The translations under genes and the position numbers were made by a program. Below are positions 29,826 through 39,129 of a stretch of 64,000 nucleotides of DNA, one piece after another. A model generated the notes under the pieces. That model was given only the letters and a program-made list of their open reading frames with translations. It did not search any database and was not told the DNA's origin. Within the stretch, counting starts at the first letter, position 1, and every line of letters starts with the position of its first letter. Location: IMG/VR virus record IMGVR_UViG_3300035183_000460, positions 48,563-112,562 of that record. One strand, 5' to 3'. Source of the stretch: a virus.

Positions 29826-31094
29826 ATGTCAAATAGTGAGATTTTTGATAAATATGCAGAACGTGCTATAGAAAATGGTCTTATTTCTAGGGCAGATACA
29901 AAAGAAAAATTAGAAAGTGGAGCTGGTGTTGATTCATTAGATATTTCAGCTATTGAATCTCTTTATGGTATTAAACCAAATCTTCCTAAAAACATGCAAT
30001 ATAAAAAAAATATAGTTGAAGATGCTCATCCAAATGCGGTAATAGTATCTCCTTCCTATGATAAATTAAATGGATTGGTTGAAAATATTAATGAGCGTCA
30101 AAATATTATATTAAATATTGTTAATAAGCCTGCTGATGGACATCATACACAGCATAAATATGCAAATGACTTAATATTATCTTTAGTTAGAGTAGCTAAT
30201 TATATGGATAATATTGATAATAATGAATTAATGATACTCGCAGATAAATGTATTGAACAATTAAATATGAAAAAGACCATTGCATCCCCATTGGGATGGG
30301 CTGCTGGGGTTGCCGCAGTGGCAGTTATTGGAGGACTAATTTATTGGTCTCAACATACTGATGAGATAAATAAGGGTTTTGTACAAAATGCAGAAAATCT
30401 AATTAAACAATTAGAAGATTTAATTACTTCTGGTACTGGATCTTTGTCTACTAGAACAGAATATCGTGATGAATTTAAAAATCAATTGAAAGATGTACAA
30501 AATAAGATAAAAGAAGTTTTACAATCTTACGATAAGATTAATGAAATTATTGATGAAATTGAAGCTCCAAAAGCTGCTACTTCTTTATATAATCAATTGC
30601 AAGCAGCCAAACAAATATCTAATAAACCATCATATATTGATATTTATAATAAATTTAAAGTTCAGGTTCAAGATTTAGAGCCTATGCTAATTAGTTTAGA
30701 GAAGAATTTTAAGAATGAATCATATAAGCGTCGTCAAGTTAAAAAAGATGAAAGTGTTTGGTCAAAAATAAATGATATGTTTGGCGGAATATTCTATGGT
30801 GGTAAAGGACTTATTGCAGATGAATTTGATGATGTCGTTCATGCAATTCCACCGTTTAGAAAATCAATAGAAGAAATTCAAGAAATTATTCAACATGCAC
30901 AACAAGCTGAGAAAACGGCTATAAATAAATATAAAGATTCTTTGCTTCAAATGCAGAAATACGAATTAAAACCTGAAACATCATCATCTTCTCAAAATAA
31001 AAATGATGAATTTAAATTAACTAATCTTCCTTCAAACGTAGAAGATTTAATAAAGTATATGAAAACTATGGAAGATTATGATAATAAGTTATAA
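29826..31094 (+). CDS. Putative ejection protein with a TM helix followed by coiled coil
   Basis: AAGGTG RBS. PLGWAAGVAAVAVIGGLIYW directly follows KKTIAS. Paralogue of 24486. Confidence 0.55.
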   Translation: MSNSEIFDKYAERAIENGLISRADTKEKLESGAGVDSLDISAIESLYGIKPNLPKNMQYKKNIVEDAHPNAVIVSPSYDKLNGLVENINERQNIILNIVNKPADGHHTQHKYANDLILSLVRVANYMDNIDNNELMILADKCIEQLNMKKTIASPLGWAAGVAAVAVIGGLIYWSQHTDEINKGFVQNAENLIKQLEDLITSGTGSLSTRTEYRDEFKNQLKDVQNKIKEVLQSYDKINEIIDEIEAPKAATSLYNQLQAAKQISNKPSYIDIYNKFKVQVQDLEPMLISLEKNFKNESYKRRQVKKDESVWSKINDMFGGIFYGGKGLIADEFDDVVHAIPPFRKSIEEIQEIIQHAQQAEKTAINKYKDSLLQMQKYELKPETSSSSQNKNDEFKLTNLPSNVEDLIKYMKTMEDYDNKL

Positions 31095-31191
31095 AATTTT
31101 AATGTAATATATCAATAATGTGATATTTTGTTGTATCCAATAATTAAAATTATTGGTAGTTCACATATTTTAGTAAGTTTTGGTGTAAGTC

Positions 31192-31210
31192 TGCCGTAAT
31201 CTATTCGGCA
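31192..31210 (+). promoter_or_regulatory. 5'-UTR hairpin upstream of the decoration gene
   Basis: tgccgtaat-ct-attcggca is a GC-rich stem in an AT-rich context. Confidence 0.35.
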
Positions 31211-31235
31211 TTTTAACATTTAAAAGGAAAAACAA

Positions 31236-31919
31236 ATGGCTTTAAGATTATTACAACCAGGTACACAACCACTTGGTCAATTTGATGGTTATGATGCAGA
31301 TTTAACAGTCACCGGTCTGAAAGGTGGTGAAGTTGTTACTTTAGTTGGTTATCCTTTAACAGGTACTGATAAAGCAGCATCTGATGTTTTTGACGGTTAT
31401 ACTAACACGGGCTCACAAGAGAAGCGTGTTGTTGTTACAAAGAACCTTCCAGTTGGCGCAAAATTATTAATGTTAGCTGATGAAGGTACATCTGACTATG
31501 GAACAATACTTGGTTATGTAGTCGGTGGAACTGCCGGACAATCAGTTTCTGGTGGTGCCGTTCTAGGACCTCATACTGCAACTGGTTCTGGCAAAGTTAC
31601 TTGCTGGGATAAGCCAGGTCTATATGCTGTATCTCTAGATGCATGTGATACAAACGCATCTACCGGTTTGCAACCAACAAATACTACTTTAGCTTCAGGT
31701 GATTTGCTTTATGCAACATCATCTGGATTAATTACTCCAAATGCATCACTATCTTTCGCAGGTGCTGGACAAAAACCAATCGGACAATTTGTTTCTTTCG
31801 AGACAAATGGTTCTTTGGTAAATACTCCATCTAAACTTGCTCAGGCTTTAAATAGCCCAAGTGGTTCATCTGCAGTAGCAAAATCATTCAAGTGGGCAGT
31901 ATTCCACTTTAATCCATAA
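31236..31919 (+). CDS. Major capsid decoration / cement protein
   Basis: AAGGA RBS, G/T/S-rich beta protein, lies next to MCP and is followed by a terminator. Confidence 0.6.
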   Translation: MALRLLQPGTQPLGQFDGYDADLTVTGLKGGEVVTLVGYPLTGTDKAASDVFDGYTNTGSQEKRVVVTKNLPVGAKLLMLADEGTSDYGTILGYVVGGTAGQSVSGGAVLGPHTATGSGKVTCWDKPGLYAVSLDACDTNASTGLQPTNTTLASGDLLYATSSGLITPNASLSFAGAGQKPIGQFVSFETNGSLVNTPSKLAQALNSPSGSSAVAKSFKWAVFHFNP

Positions 31920-31940
31920 TATATAATAATTGAATAAATA

Positions 31941-31974
31941 AAAAAAAAGCCGGGATTTAATTCCCGGCTTTTTT
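31941..31974. terminator. Bidirectional intrinsic terminator
   Basis: aaaaaaaagccggga-tttaat-tcccggctttttt between convergent genes. Confidence 0.9.
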
Positions 31975-33109
31975 ATTTTTTGTAGGTTTTAATTCTATGA
32001 ATCCAACTATAAAATTCATTCATTGACAAATTTCTTTTTATAAAATTACAAGATTTACAACATGGCACTACATTATTTTTATTGTGTGGCATAGTATAAT
32101 CTATACGGTTTAATAAATTATAATTAAATTTATAAATTTTATTTTTACCACGTTGAATGCAATTTGATGATTTTGAATTACAAAAATGACATGTCATTTG
32201 AGATAAATAAAAAAAGTCTTCTATTGATAAATCGCCATCATTATAATTTGATTTATAAATAAATTTAACTAAATTTTTGAAGCGTTTATCATGTAATTTG
32301 TTTAAATTAACATCATCATTTATATGATAATGTAAATTATTCTTAATATTTAATTTTTGAATAAATTTATAAAATTCTTCAACACTTTTTTTATTTTTTG
32401 CTCTACTACACAATAAACAACAAGATACGCAATTATCATTAATATATGGTTTATTGTTATTTAACTTATCTAATATATTATAAATAAAAGTTCCGTTGCT
32501 AATCGAATAATTCGATCCTTTATTATGCGCATATTTAAATAAATTAAATTTATTTGATGGTAATATACCACAGTAATAACATGGCATTTGTGATTTTTTA
32601 TAAAATTCTTCAAATGTTAATAGTGGTGATTTGCTTGTTACCCCATCTGCATAACAATAATTTTGCCAAATTCTTCTTGCTGATGCTATTTCTGGTTTAA
32701 ATTTTCTCCTCTTGTTTATGGCAATATTTATATTTTTTTTGTTTATTTCTTTTTTAAGACAACCACATGATTTCGTTTTTCCACTAATTAATCTATTAGA
32801 TTTAATATTTTTAATTGTTCCGCATACACATTTACATTCCCATAAACTAGATCCTAAATATTTTTCAGTAACTAATCTTCCAAAAATTTGTTTTGGTTTT
32901 ATTTTTAAACGCAAATGTTCTCTTAAACATCCACATGATTTAGTTCCACCACGTGTTAAATCGATTGTTTTAGCTAATATTTTTTTACCACATTCGCATA
33001 CACATATCCATGTGGTATATTTTTTATTAGTTTTGCTAATAATTGTTTTACCTTCTGAAACTACAGTTAATCTACCAAATTTTAAATTAGATAAATTTTG
33101 TTTTTTCAT
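31973..33109 (-). CDS. HNH-type homing endonuclease (two N-terminal Cys modules, two HNH-like domains), possibly degenerate
   Basis: GRLTV..W.C.C.CG....TKSCGC x2 and C..C....DNCVSCC..C / NNVVPCCKSCN x2. Confidence 0.75.
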   Translation of the reverse strand: MKKQNLSNLKFGRLTVVSEGKTIISKTNKKYTTWICVCECGKKILAKTIDLTRGGTKSCGCLREHLRLKIKPKQIFGRLVTEKYLGSSLWECKCVCGTIKNIKSNRLISGKTKSCGCLKKEINKKNINIAINKRRKFKPEIASARRIWQNYCYADGVTSKSPLLTFEEFYKKSQMPCYYCGILPSNKFNLFKYAHNKGSNYSISNGTFIYNILDKLNNNKPYINDNCVSCCLLCSRAKNKKSVEEFYKFIQKLNIKNNLHYHINDDVNLNKLHDKRFKNLVKFIYKSNYNDGDLSIEDFFYLSQMTCHFCNSKSSNCIQRGKNKIYKFNYNLLNRIDYTMPHNKNNVVPCCKSCNFIKRNLSMNEFYSWIHRIKTYKK

Positions 33110-33200
33110 TAATAATCATGCATTAATATAACCCTTTCTATTTGTTTATCAAATAATATTATTTTTATATTATTTTTATGGTATTATTATTGAATAATTT

Positions 33201-33220
33201 TAGATGTTTCTAAACATCTA
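33201..33220. promoter_or_regulatory. Palindrome upstream of MCP (possible operator or RNA stem)
   Basis: TAGATGTTT-ct-AAACATCTA, with a further tagatgttt half-site at ~33227. Confidence 0.4.
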
Positions 33221-33296
33221 TGTACTTAGATGTTTTACATTTGTATACAAAAGCTGGTAAGACTGGCAAATAATTCTAAACTAGGAGAATATAAAA

Positions 33297-34313
33297 ATGA
33301 GTTCAATGTTCAACAATAAAGGTGAACTTAATGCGTCATCATTAAAAGATGCATTACAGACACTTGTAAAATATGCTTCAATTCTTGAAGAAAATCAACC
33401 ATCTAATGTAGGTTTAGCTGGACAACCAGCTCTTTCTGATGAAAAGCGCGATGAGTTAATTTCTCGTGCTATTATGACTCAGGAAGGTAAAATAGCTTTA
33501 GCTCAAGCTATGGCAAACCCAATTCGTAGAAACTTGGATTATCATGGAATTGCTCGTAGAGCACTTGTAGTAGATCCATTACCTCAAGGCGCAATGCCAA
33601 CATACGATCGTGATATCGACGTAGCTGCTGTTGTTATTTCTAGCAATGGCACTGGTCCAGAAAGCCGCGTATTCGGTGAGCGCGTTGTTGTTCCTGAATT
33701 CGAAATCTTTTCTAACCCAACTGTACGTATTGCTGAAGTTAAACGTCGTAGATTTAATGTAATTGATCGTGCAGTTCAAAAGGCTCGCCAGGAAATTATG
33801 GCTCAAGAGGATGCAAACGTTTTTGCTGCTCTTGATGCTGCAGCCAGTGTTGAAAATACACTACAAGATGTATCAGACTTTGGTATGTTGAAGAAAGATC
33901 TTATAGAAATTAAGGCTCAAGTTGATCGTTGGGACTTAGTTACAACCAAATTCTTCATGAATATCAATGAGTTTAATGATATCTTAAAGTGGGGATCTGG
34001 TGGTGGACAAGGCGTTGGTGGTGGAGAAGTTGATCCAGTTACCATGCGCGAAGTTCTACAAACTGGATTATATGCTCGTATTTGGGGCGCTGATGTAATG
34101 GTTAGCAAGATTGTTCCTCCCGGAACTGTCTATGGATGCGCAGATCCTGAATTCGTAGGTGTAATGCCAGTTCGTCAGGATATTGAAGTTCTTCCAGCCG
34201 ATGAACCAAAACAGTTAAAATTAGGTTGGGTTGTGAGCGAAATAATTGGAATTGGAATCGTAAACCCACGCGGTGTTGCAGCTGGTCGTAAGAGTGTAGT
34301 AATCGGCAGCTAA
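33297..34313 (+). CDS. Major capsid protein (HK97 fold)
   Basis: AGGAG RBS, codon usage typical of a highly expressed gene, and 338 aa. AMANPIRRNLDY..IARRALVV, ARIWGADVMVSKIVPPGTVY and GWVVSEIIGIGIVNPRGV. Followed by a terminator. Confidence 0.88.
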   Translation: MSSMFNNKGELNASSLKDALQTLVKYASILEENQPSNVGLAGQPALSDEKRDELISRAIMTQEGKIALAQAMANPIRRNLDYHGIARRALVVDPLPQGAMPTYDRDIDVAAVVISSNGTGPESRVFGERVVVPEFEIFSNPTVRIAEVKRRRFNVIDRAVQKARQEIMAQEDANVFAALDAAASVENTLQDVSDFGMLKKDLIEIKAQVDRWDLVTTKFFMNINEFNDILKWGSGGGQGVGGGEVDPVTMREVLQTGLYARIWGADVMVSKIVPPGTVYGCADPEFVGVMPVRQDIEVLPADEPKQLKLGWVVSEIIGIGIVNPRGVAAGRKSVVIGS

Positions 34314-34345
34314 TTCCAATTAAACAAAATAATTGCCTAATTAAA

Positions 34346-34374
34346 GAAAAAGCCGCTTAATTAGCGGCTTTTTC
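34346..34374 (+). terminator. Intrinsic terminator after MCP
   Basis: gaaaaagccgct-taatt-agcggctttttc. Confidence 0.9.
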
Positions 34375-34376
34375 AT

Positions 34377-34420
34377 TTTTATGATCTTATGCCAAGAAAC
34401 CCACCAGCCTTGTGCTGGTG
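34377..34420 (+). repeat. Dispersed ~50-bp hairpin element, copy A
   Basis: ttttatgatcttatgccaagaaacccaccagccttgtgctggtg. Confidence 0.8.
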
Positions 34421-34438
34421 TATATATGTATATTATTG

Positions 34439-35332
34439 ATGTCATGTATTATAATAAAACCAATTAAACAAAGAAATACTAAAAATAATATTCTTATCGA
34501 TTTGTACATTAATGAAATTAATAAACTTTATAATAGAGGTTTATCTCTTACAAAAATTTCAGAAAAATTTGGCATTAGTAGAAAATCTTTAACAAGATTA
34601 TTTAAGAAGAATGGCGTAAGTTCTAGAAAAGGTTTTCATTATGTAAGAAAATATAATTTAAATGAACATTATTTAGATGTAGTAAATACAGAAGAAAAAG
34701 CTTATATGCTTGGATTCATTTATGCTGATGGTAATAATTTATTTAAATTAAATAGAATTAGTATTCACTTATCTAAGAAAGATGAGGAAATTTTAAGAAA
34801 ATTTTCTCGTATATTATATAATGGAGATGAAATCATTAAATATACAAAAATTAAAAATAATAAAGGAAAAGAATTTGTTTATGCATGGCTAAATATCTAT
34901 AGTAATCATATGTCTAAGCATCTTGCTTCGCTTGGTGTCATTGAAAGAAAATCTCATAAATTAGTTTTTCCAGATTGGTTGGATAAATCGCTATATCGAC
35001 ATTTCATAAGAGGATTGATAGACGGAGATGGATGGATTTATGTTCCAAACAGCAATAGAGATAGTCCAAATGTTGGTTTAATTTGTACTAGACAAGTTAA
35101 TGATACATTAAAAAATATATTTGAAAAAGAATTAAATTTAAAATCATATATAATTAAAGCGTATAAACAAGATATTAATATTATGTGCGAAATTCGCATT
35201 AAAAATTATCATCAATGTAAAATTTTTCTTGATTGGATATACAATAATGCTACAATTTATCTTGAGAGAAAATACGATTTATATAAAAAATTTTTAAATA
35301 TATGGGAAAATCTTAGAAAACAAAATAAATAA
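34439..35332 (+). CDS. Free-standing LAGLIDADG homing endonuclease with an N-terminal HTH
   Basis: EEKAYMLGFIYADG and RHFIRGLIDGDG, plus IYLERKY. Confidence 0.88.
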   Translation: MSCIIIKPIKQRNTKNNILIDLYINEINKLYNRGLSLTKISEKFGISRKSLTRLFKKNGVSSRKGFHYVRKYNLNEHYLDVVNTEEKAYMLGFIYADGNNLFKLNRISIHLSKKDEEILRKFSRILYNGDEIIKYTKIKNNKGKEFVYAWLNIYSNHMSKHLASLGVIERKSHKLVFPDWLDKSLYRHFIRGLIDGDGWIYVPNSNRDSPNVGLICTRQVNDTLKNIFEKELNLKSYIIKAYKQDINIMCEIRIKNYHQCKIFLDWIYNNATIYLERKYDLYKKFLNIWENLRKQNK

Positions 35333-35420
35333 TAATATATACAATATTATATTTTTAGGTAATTATTATATAAATTATAATTATTGAGTCAAAATAACTT
35401 AATAGTTATATAATATATTT

Positions 35421-37526
35421 GTGTATGAGATAAATGTAAAAATGTATAAAGAAAAAATTAAACAAATGGTACAAGATGGTTTTGCTAATAAAAGAATTGC
35501 AAAACTGTTATCTTTACCTACTAAAGAAGTTAAAAAAATTGTTACGGAAAATAACTGGAAATTGCTAAATGAAGAATTCACAAATGATAAAATTGATCAT
35601 ATATGTGAATTATATAAACAAGGTGTATCATCTAAAGCATTAGGAATTAAATACTCTATTGATAAAAGAAGAATTCAAAGGTGGGCAAAAAGTAAAAATA
35701 TTTTGAGAGATAAAAGCCTATCACACAGATTTACACATTTTAATCAAAATATTTTTGATGAAATTGATACCGAAGAAAAGGCATATTGGTTAGGATTTTT
35801 TTATGCAGATGCTTATAATTGTGATATAACAAATACAATTTCATTATCATTACAAGTATTAGATAAAAACCATTTAGAAAAATTATCAAAATTTATTGAT
35901 TTACCATCGGATAAGATAATTTATTATAAAAATAAAGAAGGTCATGAATATTTTACATTAAAAATGTATAGTAAGCATTTATCTGAAGTTTTAACCTCAA
36001 AAGGGTGTCCCAGAGCTAAAAGTTTTATTATTAAATACCCATCTTGGTTATTACCTAGACTAAATGTGCATTTTATTAGAGGCATGTTTGATGGAGATGG
36101 TAGTTTAGCACGTAGGTTTAATAATGAATGGAAATGGTCATTAACTACTACTTTAGAATGTGGAGAGTATATACAAAAAATAATTTTTGATGAGTTAAAT
36201 TTAATGGTTAATTTATCTTATATTTCAAAAACTGGAAATAATACATATGAATTAGAAAGCAATGGAAATAAAAAAGTATTAATGTTATCAGAATGGTTAT
36301 ATAAAAATTCCACATATTCTACTAGATTAGATAGAAAATATGAAAGATATTTGGAACTATTAGATCAACAAAATAATAAACATATAAATCAATTATCAAA
36401 AGAAAATTATATTATTATTGATGAAGGTAAATTTAAAGCAAATAATTTGAATGTTGATAGAAACAATAAAATGACTGTTTTTAATTATAAAAATAATAAA
36501 AATAAATCTATTTATAATAAAGTAGCTTCTATTAATGGACAACCAATTACTGCTAAATATGTGAAAACATTAAATTATAATGAGAGGGAGGCATTAGTTG
36601 AGCCGTTATTTAATTATTTTAGGGCTCAAGGTTGGCTTTATCCAGATGATGATTCTAAACTACATAAAAGTTATAAAAAATTGTGTAATTGGACGCCTGA
36701 TTTATCTACATGTGAATTATTTAATAATAATTCTTTAGCAACTGACATTTGTAAGTATTTTTGTCATAAATTTTATGATGCTACTGAACGTAATAAACCT
36801 ACCATGAAAGAAATATTTCATGATGATGATAAATTAAAATATCTTATTAGAAATAGACTTGGTCTTGATTGGTATGGTACAGGTAATGATGAAACGTTTA
36901 ATATTTCTTTTAGAATGTTAATTCAAGGCATGAGGTCGTCAAGATTAGTTCCAAGTATTTCAATATTTAAACCAAATATTGCTAAATTTTTATATTTAAA
37001 ATATTCTAGTGAAAATGATGTAGTTTATGATTATTCTGCAGGATGGGGAGGCAGAATGCTTGGAGCAACATCATGTAATAGAAGGTATATTGGAGTTGAT
37101 CCATTTACAACAGATGAATTATCTAAAATGTCAGATTATTTATCATTAAATAATGTTAAATTAATTAATGATGGTTCTGAAAATGTAAGATTAATGGAAA
37201 ATAGTGTTGATTTTAGTTTCAGTAGTCCTCCATATTATTCACAAGAATATTATTCTTCAGAATATACTCAAGCTTATAATAAAGGAGAAGATTATTTTTA
37301 TAATACGTATTGGAAAAATACATTAGAGAACATTAAATATATGTTAAAGCCAGGTAAGTATTTTGGATTGAATGTTAAAAATTATCCAAAAATGGTTGAT
37401 ATGGCTAAGTATTATTTTGGAGACATTATTGAAGAAATAAAATTAAAGACAGTTAGAAGCCATCTAAATAAAATGGCTGGTACTATTAAATATGAGCCTA
37501 TTTATATATTTAAAAATATTAAATAA
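35421..37526 (+). CDS. HTH-LAGLIDADG endonuclease fused to an amino (N4-C/N6-A) DNA methyltransferase
   Basis: KAYWLGFFYADA and HFIRGMFDGDG. C-terminal VYDYSAGWGGR (SAM motif I) and FSSPPY (motif IV). Confidence 0.85.
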   Translation: MYEINVKMYKEKIKQMVQDGFANKRIAKLLSLPTKEVKKIVTENNWKLLNEEFTNDKIDHICELYKQGVSSKALGIKYSIDKRRIQRWAKSKNILRDKSLSHRFTHFNQNIFDEIDTEEKAYWLGFFYADAYNCDITNTISLSLQVLDKNHLEKLSKFIDLPSDKIIYYKNKEGHEYFTLKMYSKHLSEVLTSKGCPRAKSFIIKYPSWLLPRLNVHFIRGMFDGDGSLARRFNNEWKWSLTTTLECGEYIQKIIFDELNLMVNLSYISKTGNNTYELESNGNKKVLMLSEWLYKNSTYSTRLDRKYERYLELLDQQNNKHINQLSKENYIIIDEGKFKANNLNVDRNNKMTVFNYKNNKNKSIYNKVASINGQPITAKYVKTLNYNEREALVEPLFNYFRAQGWLYPDDDSKLHKSYKKLCNWTPDLSTCELFNNNSLATDICKYFCHKFYDATERNKPTMKEIFHDDDKLKYLIRNRLGLDWYGTGNDETFNISFRMLIQGMRSSRLVPSISIFKPNIAKFLYLKYSSENDVVYDYSAGWGGRMLGATSCNRRYIGVDPFTTDELSKMSDYLSLNNVKLINDGSENVRLMENSVDFSFSSPPYYSQEYYSSEYTQAYNKGEDYFYNTYWKNTLENIKYMLKPGKYFGLNVKNYPKMVDMAKYYFGDIIEEIKLKTVRSHLNKMAGTIKYEPIYIFKNIK

Positions 37527-37694
37527 GTAATGTATGATGTTATGCTAATAAAATCGTAAATTTTGTTGCTGTAATTTATTCTACGATATCCAATACCTAC
37601 GAATCTAATAATATTAAGAAGTTATAGCATATCAGTATTCATTGATAATATTAATAATCTTGTATTAATAAGTAGTTCAACTTTTAGTAATAGC

Positions 37695-38399
37695 ATGAAT
37701 ATCGAAGACTTTTCAGAATTATATTTATTAGTTTTTGGAAGTTCTAAAGATATATACTCTCGTAAAGAGTCTATTTCTTTAAGAAAAGATAGTTTAAATT
37801 CACTAATTAATAGTGGATTTAAGAAAATTGCTTTCGATACTAGAAGAATTAATCAAGAAATAGATTTTAATCCGCGCCGTGGTTTGCAAAATTATCATCG
37901 TAGCGAAAAGTTTATTTCAGAAGCAACTTCTCAAAAAATCAAAAATTTTCTTAAATTAAAAAAAGTATTACAGGATTTAAAAGATAAATATGGTAGAGAG
38001 CCTGAATGGCAAGATAGTTATGCTCGCGTATTATTAAATGCATTGGAAAAATCGTTAAGAATTGAAGAAAAAGATGGAGATTATGCTGAAGGACAACCAG
38101 GCATAGGAAGTTTCGATTATTTAGAAGAATTGCTTTATGTTAGATATAGATTAGATATGAATAATATACAATCTATGTCTGAGGAAAAATTGAAGAAAGT
38201 AATTTTAGATAAAGATGAAAATTTGACACATACAGATCCTAATGCTGCTACAACTTGTGAAATATCTAAGCGAGATATTGCTACTCAATCATATGATACG
38301 TTATTAGAAAAATTATTTGGTGGAGTTAAAGCTACAGCTGAAAATCCTGAAGTTGAGCGAACTGTAACTATTACAATTAGAGACAAATTTGTGGGATAA
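37695..38399 (+). CDS. Hypothetical protein
   Basis: 234 aa with an FKKIAF motif. Confidence 0.7.
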   Translation: MNIEDFSELYLLVFGSSKDIYSRKESISLRKDSLNSLINSGFKKIAFDTRRINQEIDFNPRRGLQNYHRSEKFISEATSQKIKNFLKLKKVLQDLKDKYGREPEWQDSYARVLLNALEKSLRIEEKDGDYAEGQPGIGSFDYLEELLYVRYRLDMNNIQSMSEEKLKKVILDKDENLTHTDPNAATTCEISKRDIATQSYDTLLEKLFGGVKATAENPEVERTVTITIRDKFVG

Positions 38400-38402
38400 A
38401 TT

Positions 38403-39032
38403 ATGAGTGGCTTAGACGACTTCGCTCCGTATCGTAAAAAATATGGATGTTTTACAGTTTTAAATATTTCTCATTTAAATCAGAATTATGGTCCATATAG
38501 AAAAAAAGTAGTTAAAATTTTTAATTATCCAATTTTACCTGGACACACCAGAGACTTATTAGCAATTCCTGGAGTTTCAGAAGCTGATATTAGAGCTTCT
38601 TTATTAAAAGGAGAAATTCGTCATAAGATATTAGCTCAAGATATTATAGTAGTTTGTAGTGATATTGATTTATTACAATTTAATAATGACCAAAAGCAAT
38701 TTTTAATGCAAGCCGGAATAACCAACGGTTTGGAAATTAATATACCACCAGGTAATTTATCTTATGCTTGGAGAGAAAAAATACCATTAATTGGATTAAG
38801 GAACGGTATTAATAGAATATTTTTTACACCAGATAAATTTATTAATGGTTCATATAATGGAAATATATTTCATATATCTATAGAGCATAATGGTAAAGCA
38901 TTATATGAAGGAATAGATTTTAATATAAAGGAATCTGGAGGTTTAGGCACTGGTTATGATACTATAGAGATGTTTTCTCTAACACCAAATTCACATAGTT
39001 TATTGTTTGCAACATATGCGATAAAAATTTAA
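38403..39032 (+). CDS. Putative virion structural protein
   Basis: 209 aa. The C-terminal beta module (HNGKALYEGIDF..ESG) resembles the C-terminus of 39130. Confidence 0.55.
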   Translation: MSGLDDFAPYRKKYGCFTVLNISHLNQNYGPYRKKVVKIFNYPILPGHTRDLLAIPGVSEADIRASLLKGEIRHKILAQDIIVVCSDIDLLQFNNDQKQFLMQAGITNGLEINIPPGNLSYAWREKIPLIGLRNGINRIFFTPDKFINGSYNGNIFHISIEHNGKALYEGIDFNIKESGGLGTGYDTIEMFSLTPNSHSLLFATYAIKI

Positions 39033-39129
39033 TAAATTTAATAAACTATTATAATAATGTAATATACATATATAATAGTATAATATAAAGTTATAATTTT
39101 TTAATATCCTAAAAAAAGGGAAAATTATC

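Noticed and set aside
33297-34313. Encapsulin or eukaryotic-virus interpretation of the HK97-fold gene
   Set aside because: The context of terminase, portal and protease with SD sequences, intrinsic terminators and a peptidoglycan hydrolase indicates a bacteriophage capsid.
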